Shown in pieces: positions 1 to 33,217 of a stretch of DNA of 64,000 nucleotides. The notes under the pieces were generated by a model, which was not told the origin of the DNA, did no database searches, and saw only the letters and a list, made by a program, of their open reading frames with translations. Numbering within the stretch: the stretch's first letter is position 1; each line of letters opens with the position of its first letter. This DNA comes from Chrysomallon squamiferum (lineage: Eukaryota > Animalia > Mollusca). Made by a program: the position numbers and the translations under genes. The DNA lies in the NCBI GenBank assembly GCA_012295275.1, contig CM022668.1, positions 12,896,001 to 12,960,000 of the forward strand, in the 5' to 3' direction.

Positions 1-242
1 TGGTGGTAGTAGTAGTAATAACAGTAATAATGATGATAAAAGCAGTCATAATTTTAATTTTAATGATAAAAATAAATAATACTAGTAATAATAAAATGAT
101 AACGGTGGTGATAATGATAATTGTAATAATAATGTAATTAGAATAGCAGCAGTAGCAACAGCAACAACGTCATCAGAAATTGTAGTAGTTGTTAAAATAA
201 TTACAGCAACAATCGTAATATAATTTTTCCAACAACAATAAA

Positions 243-297
<55 letters not shown>

Positions 298-493
298 GTA
301 ATATAATGACAATAATAATAATAGTAATATAATGATGATAATAATAGGAAGATACTACTACTACTACTACCACAACTGCTACTACTACTACTAATAATAA
401 TAATAAAAATAAAATAACAATAATTTAAAAAATAACAATGACAATAGTAATAATAATAAAACAATGCACTATAGTATTGCTACTACTTCTGCA

Positions 494-524
<31 letters not shown>

Positions 525-735
525 TTACTACTACTACTACTACTATTACTATTTCTACAACTGCTACTGCTACCACTATCACTGCTACTGCTGCTACTCC
601 TACTGCAGCTGCTACTACAACCACAACAACTACTCCTACTCCTACTACCACAACAACTACTCCTACTCCTACTACTCCTACTACTACGGCTACTATTAAT
701 AATAACAGCAGCAATATAATAATAATAACAATAAG
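1..735. repeat. Compound AAT/ACT microsatellite block
   Basis: Trinucleotide runs that give the spurious homopolymeric ORFs. Confidence 0.9.
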
Positions 736-744
736 AAGAAGAAA

Positions 745-1228
745 AACGTGTCCAGTACTTGTTTTGTTTTTCTCTCTCCGAGTTTCACTATTGAACTCGG
801 CAGCTCTGGAAAACTCTGGCACGCAGTGAAAACACACACAAAGCTTCGTATCGCCGTTGAAAACTTATTGATTATTTCTCCTCCTCGATAACTGTTCGTC
901 GCCATGGAAGGCGAGCCTAACAACGACCCAATTACAAAGAGGCTGATAAGCAGCAAGTTATGCGCTGGATATTCAGCATTATTTATGTATCATGGCTGAA
1001 CGCTGGTGGTGGAAGCGATAGCAGCAGCTACGTGCTATTGCTCTTTAATTGTTCGTTCGTTTGTTCGTCGTTCGTTCGTACTCTTCCACGTGAAAAATAT
1101 GGATTGGACTGCGTAGTTGTTGCTGCTGCTGCTGACGATGATGACGATAGAATGGCACATTGTGGTGGCGACGTAGTCGAGCGAGGGTTGACTGCGACCT
1201 GATCTGGTTTAGTGTGGTCAAGACATGA
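745..1228 (+). promoter_or_regulatory. Probable CACNB promoter-proximal/5' UTR region with uORFs
   Basis: CpG-enriched unique sequence upstream of the putative exon-1 ATG; short ORFs at 904-999 and 1152-1202. Confidence 0.4.
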
Positions 1229-21055
<19,827 letters not shown>

Positions 21056-21116
21056 ACGTTTTTTTGTTTGTTGTTGTTTTTTTTTAAAAATATATATATA
21101 ACGTTTTTTTTTTATT

Positions 21117-21147
<31 letters not shown>

Positions 21148-21272
21148 GATGATGACAAGCCAAGTTTCTTCATTGTGAGGTTGAATTTAATTTAAAAAAA
21201 AAAAAATTTATGAAATTTTATTACTACTACTAGTTTTTATTCTCTTGTTGTTATTATTATTAATTATTATTA

Positions 21273-21310
<38 letters not shown>

Positions 21311-23514
21311 GAATATTATTATTATTTTTATTATTATTATTATTATTTATTATTATTATATTTATTATTATTTATTATTATATTTATTATTGTTTATTAT
21401 TATTATTATTATTTATTATTATTATTATTATTATTATTTTTTTTATTATTTATTTATTATTATTATTATTTATTATTATTATTATTATATCAGTAACTTT
21501 ACAAATTTTATTTTTAAAAATGTAACTTAGAAAATATTTATTCTAATAATATTTGTTGAAGATCATTTAAATTTGTTTTAAAATTTCTAGTTTACTCTGA
21601 ATTACAGTTGTGAATTACTCAATAAATTATAATAATTATTAAAATTTTAAATTTCTTTTAATATAAAAACAAATGTTTCTTTTATTAAAATAAAGTCTGA
21701 ATAAAAAATTCTATTAATTTTATGGATTAAATTATTCTTGGAAAAAATAAATGAAATAAACAAACATTAAACAAATTATTATTAATTTTATTGCTGATTA
21801 AATTAATACGTGCCAAACATATCTCCTAACAGTTCTTAATTTATTTAAATTTATATATATATTTTTTTTTCTCAGTATACATTTGCTCAATAAAAGAAAA
21901 ATAGGTAGTTTGGTGAAATATATTAATATATAACCCTACAAGCCATGATATACGAACTGTAATCTTATTTTGGTCAGAAAAAATATCTCTTGGTTCAAAT
22001 GAAGAAACTGGGCTTGTTGAGTTCACCCTTCCAGTTTTTAAAAAAAAAACAAGACAGAATTTATTTGTGTGTGATCCATTTTAGGAAGAAAAAAAACTAA
22101 AACAAAATGGATGTTCTGTTTATTTTTTTTATTTTTTTTCTGTTCTACACCATCTTTAAAAATGAAAAAAAAAAAAAAACCAAAACAGTGAGTGTTCTGG
22201 ATAAACTGTTCAGGCTTCCTCGAGAAATTGAACTTATCCTTCGTAACAAAACCAACTTCCTGTGAATGGATATATAGAGTTCTCTGCCCCTGATGAATTT
22301 GGAACCCATAACTTTGCTATGTTTGTGGCACATTTATTTTCTTTTTTAAACTTTTTTTTTTTTTTTTTTTAAGTGTACTTTGAAAAAAAGAAAAGGAAAA
22401 AAAATAATGGTGTGTTTTGCTCAATTTCATCTTTGCTTCTCAACCCCCAAGATATTCAAAGGGAAATAACTCCCTGGACAAGACCTGCCAAGGGGATGTC
22501 ACTCCTATCACAAATTATAGCAGTTCTTCAATTTTTAGCCTGTCTTTAATTACAGACATTTGTTGTGTTTTTTATTTTCTTTTTTTTCCTGGAATTTTTT
22601 CTTCACCTTTTTCAATTGGAATGGTTTACTATTTTGGATGTCATGTGTGTGTATTGTGATTCCATGGTTGCCAAGGTTACCATGGTAGACTTTCTCCAGT
22701 TCTTGTGGAATATATTCAGATTATTCTCTTGAAGAAAAAACAAAACAAAACAAGGAAGAACAAATAAAAAAAAACAAGTCTGTGGGAATTTGTATTTTGA
22801 AATTTTACTTCAAATAGTTTGCAAAGAAGAGCAAAAGAACATTTATATTCTTGGTTCTCATTTTTTTTTTTTTTGGTTTTTCCTTATTGAATTAATATGT
22901 TTTAATATTTGTCTTTCTTTTTTCTTCTTTTTTTCCCCCTCCCCCCCATTCAAATAATAGCAGATTTAGTTTCAGTAATTTATTAATAATTTGTTTGCAA
23001 TTTGAAGCATGGAATGTTATTTTTGTTAATATCTTCAAATTTTTTTTAAATGTTTATCTTTTTCTTTTTTTTTTTTTTTTTTTAGAAAATATAATACTTA
23101 TTTTATTTATTTATTATAACTTTTTTTTTTTTGGATTTGTTTACTAATTTATTTATTTTATTTATTTATTTTTCTATTAATTTATTATTTTATTTTGTTA
23201 AATCTTAAAAAATGGAGTGTTAATTCCCTGATCAATCATTTTTTTTTTTTTCCCTTTTATCATTTTGATAATGTTATGAATTTATTTACTTATTTATTTA
23301 TTTAAATTGTTTTCTTCATGAAATGCAGTGCATTTTCCAGTTATATCCATTACAGTCCACTGATTGCTACAGAAGTTAATTGTCTTATTTTTTTGTCCAC
23401 ATCTTAAAAATGTCGATAAAATTTTCATTCAACTTCCTTTTTGTCTTTTTAACACTTTCTCCAGCTTGATCAAGTCTGCTTAACCAGCTAGTTAATTTTT
23501 TTTTTTTTTCTTTT

Positions 23515-23549
<35 letters not shown>

Positions 23550-23550
23550 T

Positions 23551-23592
<42 letters not shown>

Positions 23593-26119
23593 ATTTATTT
23601 TTTGCCTGCAACTTACTAAGGGTGCAACAATTTGTAAATATATATAAATTCTGCATGTGCGTGTGTGCGTGTGTGTGTGTGTGCATGTGTGTGCGCGTGC
23701 ATGCGTGTGACATTTAACACTTAATATTTTTTAACCTGTATTTAAAATGTTCAGCAATATATGTGGTTCTTTTTTTTCATTTACTTTTATTTTTTTTTTT
23801 TTATTTTTATTTATTTTTTTTTTTAATTTTGTTCGATATATAAATGGAAATAAAATGAATAAAATACAGAAAGCAAAAGTTGTGAAAAAGGAATTCAATG
23901 TTTTCTTGTTACTGGCATAATACGGTTTTATTGATGTACATTATATTAAAGTTTTATACAGTTAAAATATGCATTTAATAAAAGGGATGAGGGGAAAATG
24001 TTAATAATAATAATAATTATAATAAAAGTGATAGAAATGCTAATTAGATGTTTAATGGGTTGATTTAATTCTTTTATTATTTTAAAAGTTAATTTTGTTC
24101 CATTTAGTCACCTGTTTGACAAAATATTTTACTTCTAAATTTAACATCTTTCTTTTTTTAATGTTACTTTGTTTTCTTTAAATCCATACATAAATATACC
24201 CTGTTTTTATTTATTCATACCAAGTTATACACTGTTTAATTTATTCATACAAAGTTACACACTGTTTAAGTTATTCATGTGAAGCTTTACACTGTGTAAC
24301 ATACTCATCTTGTTTTATTCACAGTTTATTTATGAATACTAAGTTATATTCATGCTGTTCTATTCATGCTCAGTTTAGTGTGTTCATTATGTACATTTCA
24401 ACACTAGGTTTATACAATGTGTTTAAATTATTCATACTAAGTTATTCGTTATTATTCAGTTTATTCAGTGTTTGGAAAGAATGTGATAATATATAAACCA
24501 CATGAGATTACCAGTCAGATATAAAAAAAAAAAAAAAAGAATCTAGTTTAACTTAAAAATGATTTAAAAGGTTTTCAATTCAAAGCATTTTGGAGAATTA
24601 TAACCCATTACTTATGTAAAATCACTGTTAACAGACATTGTAAAAATACTGACCACTGGAAGATATAAAAGCATAACCCATGTGGTGCTAACAGTATGAA
24701 AGTAGCTGATGATATACTAAGGTACTGTAAAAGCATAACTTGTGGCAAATCGGAAAACGTTAAAATTTTGTCTTTGAGAAAATGATGGTGTATGTAAAAC
24801 TTACAAGCATAAACATTTAGAATGAAATAAAATGTGAGATGGAGGGGAAGAAAAAAGGACAATCTTTTAAGTTCCAGATTAAACTTGATGTAAAGACAGT
24901 TTTTAACATAATGCATTAGGCTTTTTGAAGACCTTTTAAATTTGTTTTTGCTCTTAAAATTTAAATATTTTAACCATCATGTCAAGTTTTGGGTAAATAG
25001 ATGAATGGACACATACTAGTCAGAAGATTTTCATCTTGAAATTCTTTTACCATAAATTAAGTAAACCTAATTCTTATATTATTTAATTGTACTAATTTAT
25101 ATTACTTTATTTATTTTGTTTATTAAGAACCTTAACCCCTCTAGGTGTGCTTAGGCTGGTCCAAGTATGCTTACTGGGGTTAAGGTTTGTTAATAGTATT
25201 TGTTGGTTATTTTTTATTAACCCCATTAGTTAGGAAAAAAATCTTAAGATTAGTCCATTATTGAATTTAGGGGTGTGTGATGGTGTGAAGATTTTTTTTT
25301 TTTTTTTTTTTTTGATTTTTTAAAATTTATAAATTAATTTATTTATTTTTTTAAAATTAAAAATAATAAAACCATAAGATCTGCTTGTTAATGAAATGGA
25401 AATTTCTGAATCTACCTTGAAGTTTATCTGTTTTTTAAACTTCGTCTTAAAATAATTAGTTACTTAGTTAATTTCTTCCTGTTTTCTGTATGAAGACATT
25501 TTGTTGAGTTTCCGTTTTTAACTCTCAGTTCTGCATTTTAGATCTTTTTTTTTTTGTTTTTTTTGTTTATTTATTTTTTAATGTGGCAAGATTTGTTGGT
25601 TGTGGCAGTGGAGTTGCCTCCCTTGAAGTGGTTGTGACCTGTTTCTGATTGATTTTATTTAATTTTTTTTTTTTCTGTGTGTTTTTAGATCTCTTAATTT
25701 AAAAGTTTTTATTAATGTATTCATTATGTATAAATAATTAAGTTTTAACTGAACTGAATTAATTACATATAATTTAATTTCTACAAAAAAAAAATATATA
25801 AAAATGTTAAAGGTCATGGTCAAGTATCAAGTTTGACCCTGAACCTTGAACTATATTTAAATTAAACTGATAATTTATTTTATCTTAAATTATTTATTTT
25901 ATTGGCTGTAATGAGATTTGAGTTTGGTTGGTAGAGCTAGGCCATTGTTTATATATGAAATGGAAAAAAAATGTCCCACTTTATAATAATTATGCACCTT
26001 AACGTTTATCTTTCACCTTTGACCTCGTAATATTTTACATTTGAAATGTGTATGGGTTGTTTAAGATTTTTTTTTTTTTTTTTTTTTATTTAGGCCAGTT
26101 TTGAATTTTTTAAATGTTG

Positions 26120-26150
<31 letters not shown>

Positions 26151-26980
26151 AGTGAGAGATGGGATAAAAGAAAACAAATTTCTTTCTTTCCTTTTTATTT
26201 CTTTCTCTCTTTCCTGCTTGTTCTTCCTAATTCTCAGTGTTAAATCGTCAGTTGATTGTTGGTATCATGACTTGAAATATGAATTAATATTTTAAACATT
26301 TTTTTATAGACTGTAGGATCTGCCAATGTTTTTTCAAGGTTTAAAAGAGTTACAAAAAAAAAACAAATAAAAAACAAAACAATGCAGATTCAAGATGTCG
26401 GTGAAATCTCACATCTTTAATAATCTTCACCAGACTTACAGAGAACTTAAATAACTGAGAGAGAGAGAAAAAAAAATCAAGTGATCTGAATAAATAAAAT
26501 GTTTTTAAAATTGTTTATAATAATTTGTACAATAAAATTTAAGTAGAAATAGTTTGCACGAAAACACTTGTATTGTATTTAATGCAAAAGTCTTTCAACT
26601 CAAAATATATCAGTTTTTTTTTTTTTTTTTTTCTTGGCATCATTTTGTTTTCTTAAGAGATTAAAGAGTGATCTTGGTTTCAGTGCAATATTATTATAAC
26701 ATTTCTTTTGAAATATTTCTAAGGAATGTTTCTTTTCTTTTTCTTTTTTTTTGTTTTGTTTTTTAGTGTTTGTATTTTGTGTGTGTTCTGTATTATTTTT
26801 TTATTTACTGAGCAATACATTTTTATTTATTCAAAGTGTTAAAAACCTTTTCTCAGTCTTTCTGTTTATTTATTTATTGTGTAATATAATTTATTTATTT
26901 GGAAGGATAAACAAATTTTTTCAAAGGTTTGTGAATATTTTTTTGATTATGTATGATTTCAGGTTGTTTTTTTTCTGATT

Positions 26981-27013
<33 letters not shown>

Positions 27014-29314
27014 CATAATTGTAAAAGAAAAAAACAGAATCTCAGTTTTTTTTCAGATGTTTTTATCTGGTATTCATAACATAAGGAAAATCCAAGGGAA
27101 TGTTTCATATTTCACTCTGATTAAAGATAATTTTGTTTTTCTTTTTAAGGTTTGTTCTGGTTTTTAATGTCAGCTGTTATTTATATTTTATTCTATTTTA
27201 TTTTTTTAATTTAATTTAATTTAATTTATTTATTTTTTAATATGACAAATGCAGGATTTGTGAGAGTGTACATTTTAAAAATTTCTTTACTTCTTGATAT
27301 TGACATAAAATATAATTGAAGGTAAATAAATACATCTGTTCCAAAACCATCTGTTTGCAGTAAAAAGCATTTGTTAGTTATTTTTAAATAATCTCTTAGG
27401 TTTGTTTTTAATTTTTATGTTATTTGGGTTTTTTCCAGTAAGAAATGCTTGAAAACATCCATTGTAAATATGGAACAAAATTTCGATTGGCGGATTTCAA
27501 TTTTGACCGTAGATCAATATGAAAGATTTATAAAACCTAAATTATTAAAATGTTTTATTTTATAATTTCTTTATATTAAGAATTGATCTTACAAATGAAT
27601 TAATTTTAAAACATTCTTTATAAATTAAAAGTTTTATTTGGCTTATTGTTAGTCAAATATCGAAATATAAAGTAATAATAGATGATAATCCTTTCTTGCA
27701 AAAATAAATATATTTTAAGTGAAGTTTTTAAGTTTATATTATGATAATATAACGCCAGAAATAAAAATAGAATATATGTATAATTTTAGCCTATATAATA
27801 AAATGGATGAATTCTAGCCTGCATAATATTTATACGAAATAAGAACTTGGTTGTGATTGCTCAGTTTTGACTTAATATTTCATTTATTTTGATTGGTTAA
27901 TATTTAATTAGATATAATACTATTGGTCTGTTTATTAATGGTCCTTGTGCAATATTTAAAAAAAAAGAGAACAAAATTGGACTGTTGGTTCAAAACGTAA
28001 ATGATGCCATTTTCTTTTTTCTGTTTTCCTTTTTTTTTTTTTTTTAACCTTTTTTCTTTTTCCTTTTTTGTACTTCACTTGTATCTGTTTATTCTTTAAT
28101 TTAAAAAAAAAAAAAAAAAAAAAGGATTTGTAGATATTAACATTTTTGTGTATTTTTTTAAATATTTGTATTTATAAAAACATTTAAGCATGCATTAGGT
28201 TTTAATACGAAATGTACTGAAGTCGATTTCGCAGTACACTTGATATTTTGAGAGAGTGAGAACAATTAGTGTTACTATGACAACACCATAGTGTAACTAT
28301 GACAACACCAGATGATCTGTGATAGCAGAAACCTGATGATAAATCCGTGTTATGTTTTTTGTGTGGTCGAGTTTCGTTTCTGTTTGTTAATGATCATCAT
28401 GTTCAGACCAGAAGAATTTTAACATTTTTTTAATATTTAAATTTTAGTTAAAAAAATAAAATAAAAAATAAAAAATAAATAAATAAATAAAAATAATTTT
28501 TAACACATTCAGTACAGTATTTATAATCGTAATAATTTTAGTGCCATATTTAAAATAGGGACCTAATTTTAGTTCAGGATTTAAAAAGAAAAATATAATT
28601 TTAAGACAGTGTTTAAAAGTAAACAAAATTTCTGAGAAAATATTTTAAAAGAAAAAGTAATTTTTAGACAAAAATTTAAAACGAAAATATTATTTTAAGG
28701 CGTATATGTAAAAAAGATAATATTATTTTACTGCATTATTTAAAAATAAACCAATCATTCATTTCTAATGATTATATAAGAATATTTTGTCTCTGTATAT
28801 TTGCTATGATTTGGCAATAATTAGAATGAAAATAAAATTAGGATGGATTATCAAAAAAAACAACGTCATTGTAAGAATTTCAGATTTGTAGAAACCGGTT
28901 TTAGTTCCAGTTGGGAAATTATATATTGATATTTTATGGAACATTATTAATTAAATAAACAAACAACAACAATAATAAATAAATAAATAAATAAATAACC
29001 ACTGAACTGAACATGATGGTACAAATATTGTGATGGCCAATCAAGTCTGGATATGTCTGTCTGTGTCCAGCTGTCACACAATATGACAGAGACGTACGTA
29101 CGTGTGTGCATGTGTGCGCTGTGTGTATGTATGTCTGTCTGTCTGTCTGTGTGTGTGTGTGTGTGTGTGTCTGTTTACAAGCCACCCTTCAGGTCAATCA
29201 ACCACAGTTTGAATTATTAATGTCAGTGTTTCCCATATTGTCAGCCCGAGTCACGGGGCGTGCTGTGTTTCGTTATATTTCTCAGACCATGTGATCTATC
29301 TTGTTGGATTTGTA

Positions 29315-29320
29315 AATAAA
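29315..29320 (+). terminator. Candidate CACNB polyadenylation signal AATAAA
   Basis: Followed about 25 nt later by a TG/T-rich element (tgttgttttcatttt) near the end of the T-rich post-stop region. AATAAA is common in this DNA, so this is weak. Confidence 0.3.
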
Positions 29321-29399
29321 GGTTTTTATCTCCTAAAACCACATCTGTTGTTTTCATTTTATTTTAATTTTAATTTTATTTTTATTTTTGTTTCAGACC

Positions 29400-29432
<33 letters not shown>

Positions 29433-32400
29433 AAATTTCAGATTATTTGTTTTGGCTTAGACCACTTACTAACATCATCAGTGTATTATCTAAACTTATT
29501 TCTTTGAGGTCAGAAAACTCATTTCTCAGTGATTTGAATCATCTTTCAACCAGTTTTAAATCACTGACTTAATATATTTAAAAAAAAGCATCATCAGTCG
29601 TAATTTATGTAACACCAAAATATCAAAACAATACTGACATAAAATGTACCAAGATATGTTTTATTTCACAAAAAAAAAAACATATTTGTGATTCAAAACC
29701 AGAAAATACAAATACATATACATCTATATAAATAACAAAATTGGCAGTGGTTTTGTTTTTTCTCTCTTTTTGGCATATATTGCTTGTAAATACATTTTTA
29801 TCAAATGCACTACAATGCATATTTTAAAAATGCAATGGGGCCAATTCCTGTATTAAAAATGGCAGATCTTCAGCCAAACTTTGTGAAGGATGTTATGCTA
29901 TAAAACTGCCTTATAAACATTATTAAAAAATCTAATTAACAAGTTTTAATATAAACTGCTAGCCTCTTTATCATATGATTTCTGAAATCTGTTGATAAAT
30001 ATGTGTGCAATGATTTTGTTTAAACTGTATTGTTTACTTTTCGCACTATGCTGTTACAAGAGATGAATTTTTATAAAATAAAATATAATTGCAATTAATT
30101 AGATTAATTTTAAAATATTTTTGTGACCAGAGAAAAAAATCTCAGACATTGTTTTACTTATTATCAAACGTATGTGATGTTTGCATGTTTTCTTGAGGGT
30201 TCAAGCGTGTGTTTGTGTTTATAAGTGTCTGTGTGCATGTCTATTTGTGGTTGAGAGTGTGTGTGTGTCTGTGCATGTCTGTATGTGTGTTTAAGTGTGA
30301 AAGTGGTGAGTATGGGTGTTTAAATCTGAGAGAGAATGTGTGTGCATGAGTTGTATGTGTACATTTTCGTGAGTATGTATATATATATATATATTTATAT
30401 TCAAAAACTTATAACAAAACATTGAGACTAGCAGTTTTATATTAACTGAGGTTAGATACATGTAATATCAACATACAAAAAAAAAAGAACAGATAACAAT
30501 ACCAATGGCAGTGATAAGCCTTGGAATGTAATGTCTTGTATGAGTCTCACTGTCTTTGCAAAGATTAACACCAACAGAACAATTAAACACAATATCCAAA
30601 CTCAGGTGATATGTTAAATACCTGAAAAACAAATTCACTTCCACTCTGTGACAGACATTCAGAGAAATTTTCGGTGTTTTTTGCCATTTAAAAAATCACT
30701 TAATAAACATAACAAACCAATGACAATATAAAGTTTTAAAGGCAAAACGTATAGAAATAAATTACAGAAATCGTTTATTTGATGTGTTAATGTATCTGTG
30801 TGGACTAGATGCCCATTACGCTTTTCTATATCTGTTTTCATGGAGCACTGGTTGGAACGTGAAATGGATGCAACAATTAACTATAGCTCTGTTTTTTTTA
30901 TCAGAGCCACAACCTGTTCTCTCTGAGATGTGTATGTTCTGTATCTATGTGCAGATATCTGTATGTACAAACACAGAAGAAATTTAGGAAGAAAACCTTG
31001 AATATTATATCTGGGTATATGATGTTTCTCTAAAAAAAAATATTATTTTGGCAAGTGGAATTTAGATCTTTCTTCATCTAAAGTTTTTGTTTTAATATCA
31101 CTGAAAGAAAAAACAACAACAAAATAAATAAACATTTATAAGCAACTCGAAAATTTAGGTTACTTTTTCTTACCTTAAATTTTTTTTTTTTTATTTTTTG
31201 TTTTTTTTTGAAATGCCTCTGATGAATTGAACAAAATAAACAACAACACAAACAAATAAACACTTACAACCAGAAACAAACATGGCAGCATCTGCTTAGT
31301 TCACATGATTCACCTCATTAAAACAATCCAACAAAAATTACTGTTTCATTTCCATTAGCCAATCAGAAACCTTCTCTCAAATAACATTCAGTCACAGAAC
31401 CTCCAACAAAAACTGACCATTTCAAACATGATCCCACAAACAAACTGTTTCGTTAAATAATATGCTGCATAGTTAGTTCACTGACAGAACTGAAATATAA
31501 TTTTGGCAAGTGAACAGACTGGTTTTGAAAAGGATTGCTTTGTTCACAGATATACACAGAAAACAGCAGCTGAATAATTTTCCACTGCGTTTTAATTAAA
31601 TACATCGACATTTTTGGCTGTCCTTTTGGCTAAGATGAAAATACATCAACATTTTTGGCTGTCCTTTTGACTAAGATGAAAATACATCAACTCTGGTATC
31701 AATGATGAGCTATATTTCAATTCTTCATCAAAAAAAGATTTTGAGTTTTTGTTTTTTGTTGTTTTTGTTGTTTTTTTTGTATCCAAGAATAAACAATATA
31801 TGATATTATAAAATGTGATAGCAAAAATATTTTCATCCATTTTTAAATACAAAGTTTATAAAGCTTTCTTGCATCACTGTTAAAGTGAATATTTTACTAA
31901 TACACTTAAGGCTCACATGACATTGTTTCAAAGCCCGTTTATTTTGTGTGGATGTTAATAATATCTGGAATGCTTCTGTTAAAGGCATATTCAAAAGTGG
32001 CTGTCATGTAAACAGAAATTGACTTTGCATGAGGGTTGCTTGATCTAAAACAGAGGGTTGATTTAGATATTAATGTATGATATGCCTTACAAGTCATTTC
32101 ATCCTTTGTTATTCAACTCAACTTCAAGTCAAAATGTCCAAAACAAAAGAGTTGGTTATTTGGTTGTTGTTTTGTTGTTGTTGTTGTTGTTGTTTATGCT
32201 CTTCTTACATTATCTTAATTTTCCATATACAGTATTTTCTGAGTGCAAAGTTGAATAGCAACAACTTCTTTTTCTGTTATAAAATCAACAATGTCCATTA
32301 TAACTGTTCCTTTTATTATTTTATTTTGTTGTTGTTGTTGTTGTTGCTTTTGTAGGTTTTTTTGTACCTAGAATTATTGACTCTTTTAGAATGTATCATT

Positions 32401-32871
32401 GCTCAAATAGTCTGGCTTTGAAATTTTTAGATCTTCATAATCTGTAAGTTTTCAAGCACAAAAAATAATTTTAACAGTCTTTCCAAATTAATTCATGTGA
32501 ACAGCACATTCCAGAACTGAGACATTTGCCCTGAATCATTAAATTATTAATGTAATTAACTAATGAGAAAAATCCTGAGTTATTCTTTTTTTCTGGTTAT
32601 TTCCAGCCAATGAAATTCATCCTTATATTTCCTCCACCAATGAAATCCATTCACTCAAATTCACCTAGTTCCACCAGTAAGATTCCTCCTGTTATCAACA
32701 TTAGCTAAGCAAACCATTCTCTTAGTGGTTACATACAGCCAATCATTTTCATTCAGCAATGGAATAATTACGATTGGTTAACAGAATTTACAAAAATGCA
32801 CCAATAAGATTCCTATTTTGAATTGGCTGTATTAAAAAGATTTAAACACTTCTCAGATTTATCCAAGAGAA

Positions 32872-33064
32872 TTGATTATTTCACTCATTCCAGCCAATAG
32901 GAACCAATTATTTCAGTGGTTTCAGCCAATGGGAATCGATTGCCTCACTGGTTTCAGCCAATGGGAATCGATTGTCTCACTGGTTTCAGCCAATGGGAAT
33001 CGATTGTCTCACTGGTTTCAGCCAATGGGAATTGACTATTTCACTGGTTCCAGCCAATGGGAAT
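32872..33064 (-). repeat. 32-bp array containing the final codons and stop of the MPP7-like gene
   Basis: tcactggtttcagccaatgggaatcgattgtc units at about 32881, 32912, 32945, 32977, 33009 and 33041. Confidence 0.92.
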
Positions 33065-33217
33065 CCACTGTGGCTCTCTCTCAATCTGTTCTGCTACTCG
33101 AATAAGATCAGCTGTTGCGTCGCCAATGGTTTCATTAACAATCACACTGTCAAACAAGTGTCCAAACCTTTCTTCTATGTAGTGACCCGTTTCAAGAATT
33201 TGTTGAAGCTCGTCCTC
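33041..33217 (-). CDS. MPP7: MPP7-like last coding exon [11 protein letters not shown]...[13 protein letters not shown]
   Basis: tttacag| acceptor; ends with the p55-family W(V/I)PxxW motif and TGA. Confidence 0.95.
   Translation of the reverse strand, partial: EDELQQILETGHYIEERFGHLFDSVIVNETIGDATADLIRVAEQIEREPQWIPIGWNQ

Noticed and set aside
173-837. Poly-T/L/V/I ORFs resembling mucin or membrane proteins
   Set aside because: They are translations of AAT/ACT microsatellites, open in several frames on both strands.
31597-31690. 41-bp direct duplication in the putative MPP7-like 3' UTR (similar small duplication at 43905-44036)
   Set aside because: Ordinary local duplications not tied to exon edges. 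They show that background duplication is frequent, a caveat for the main finding.
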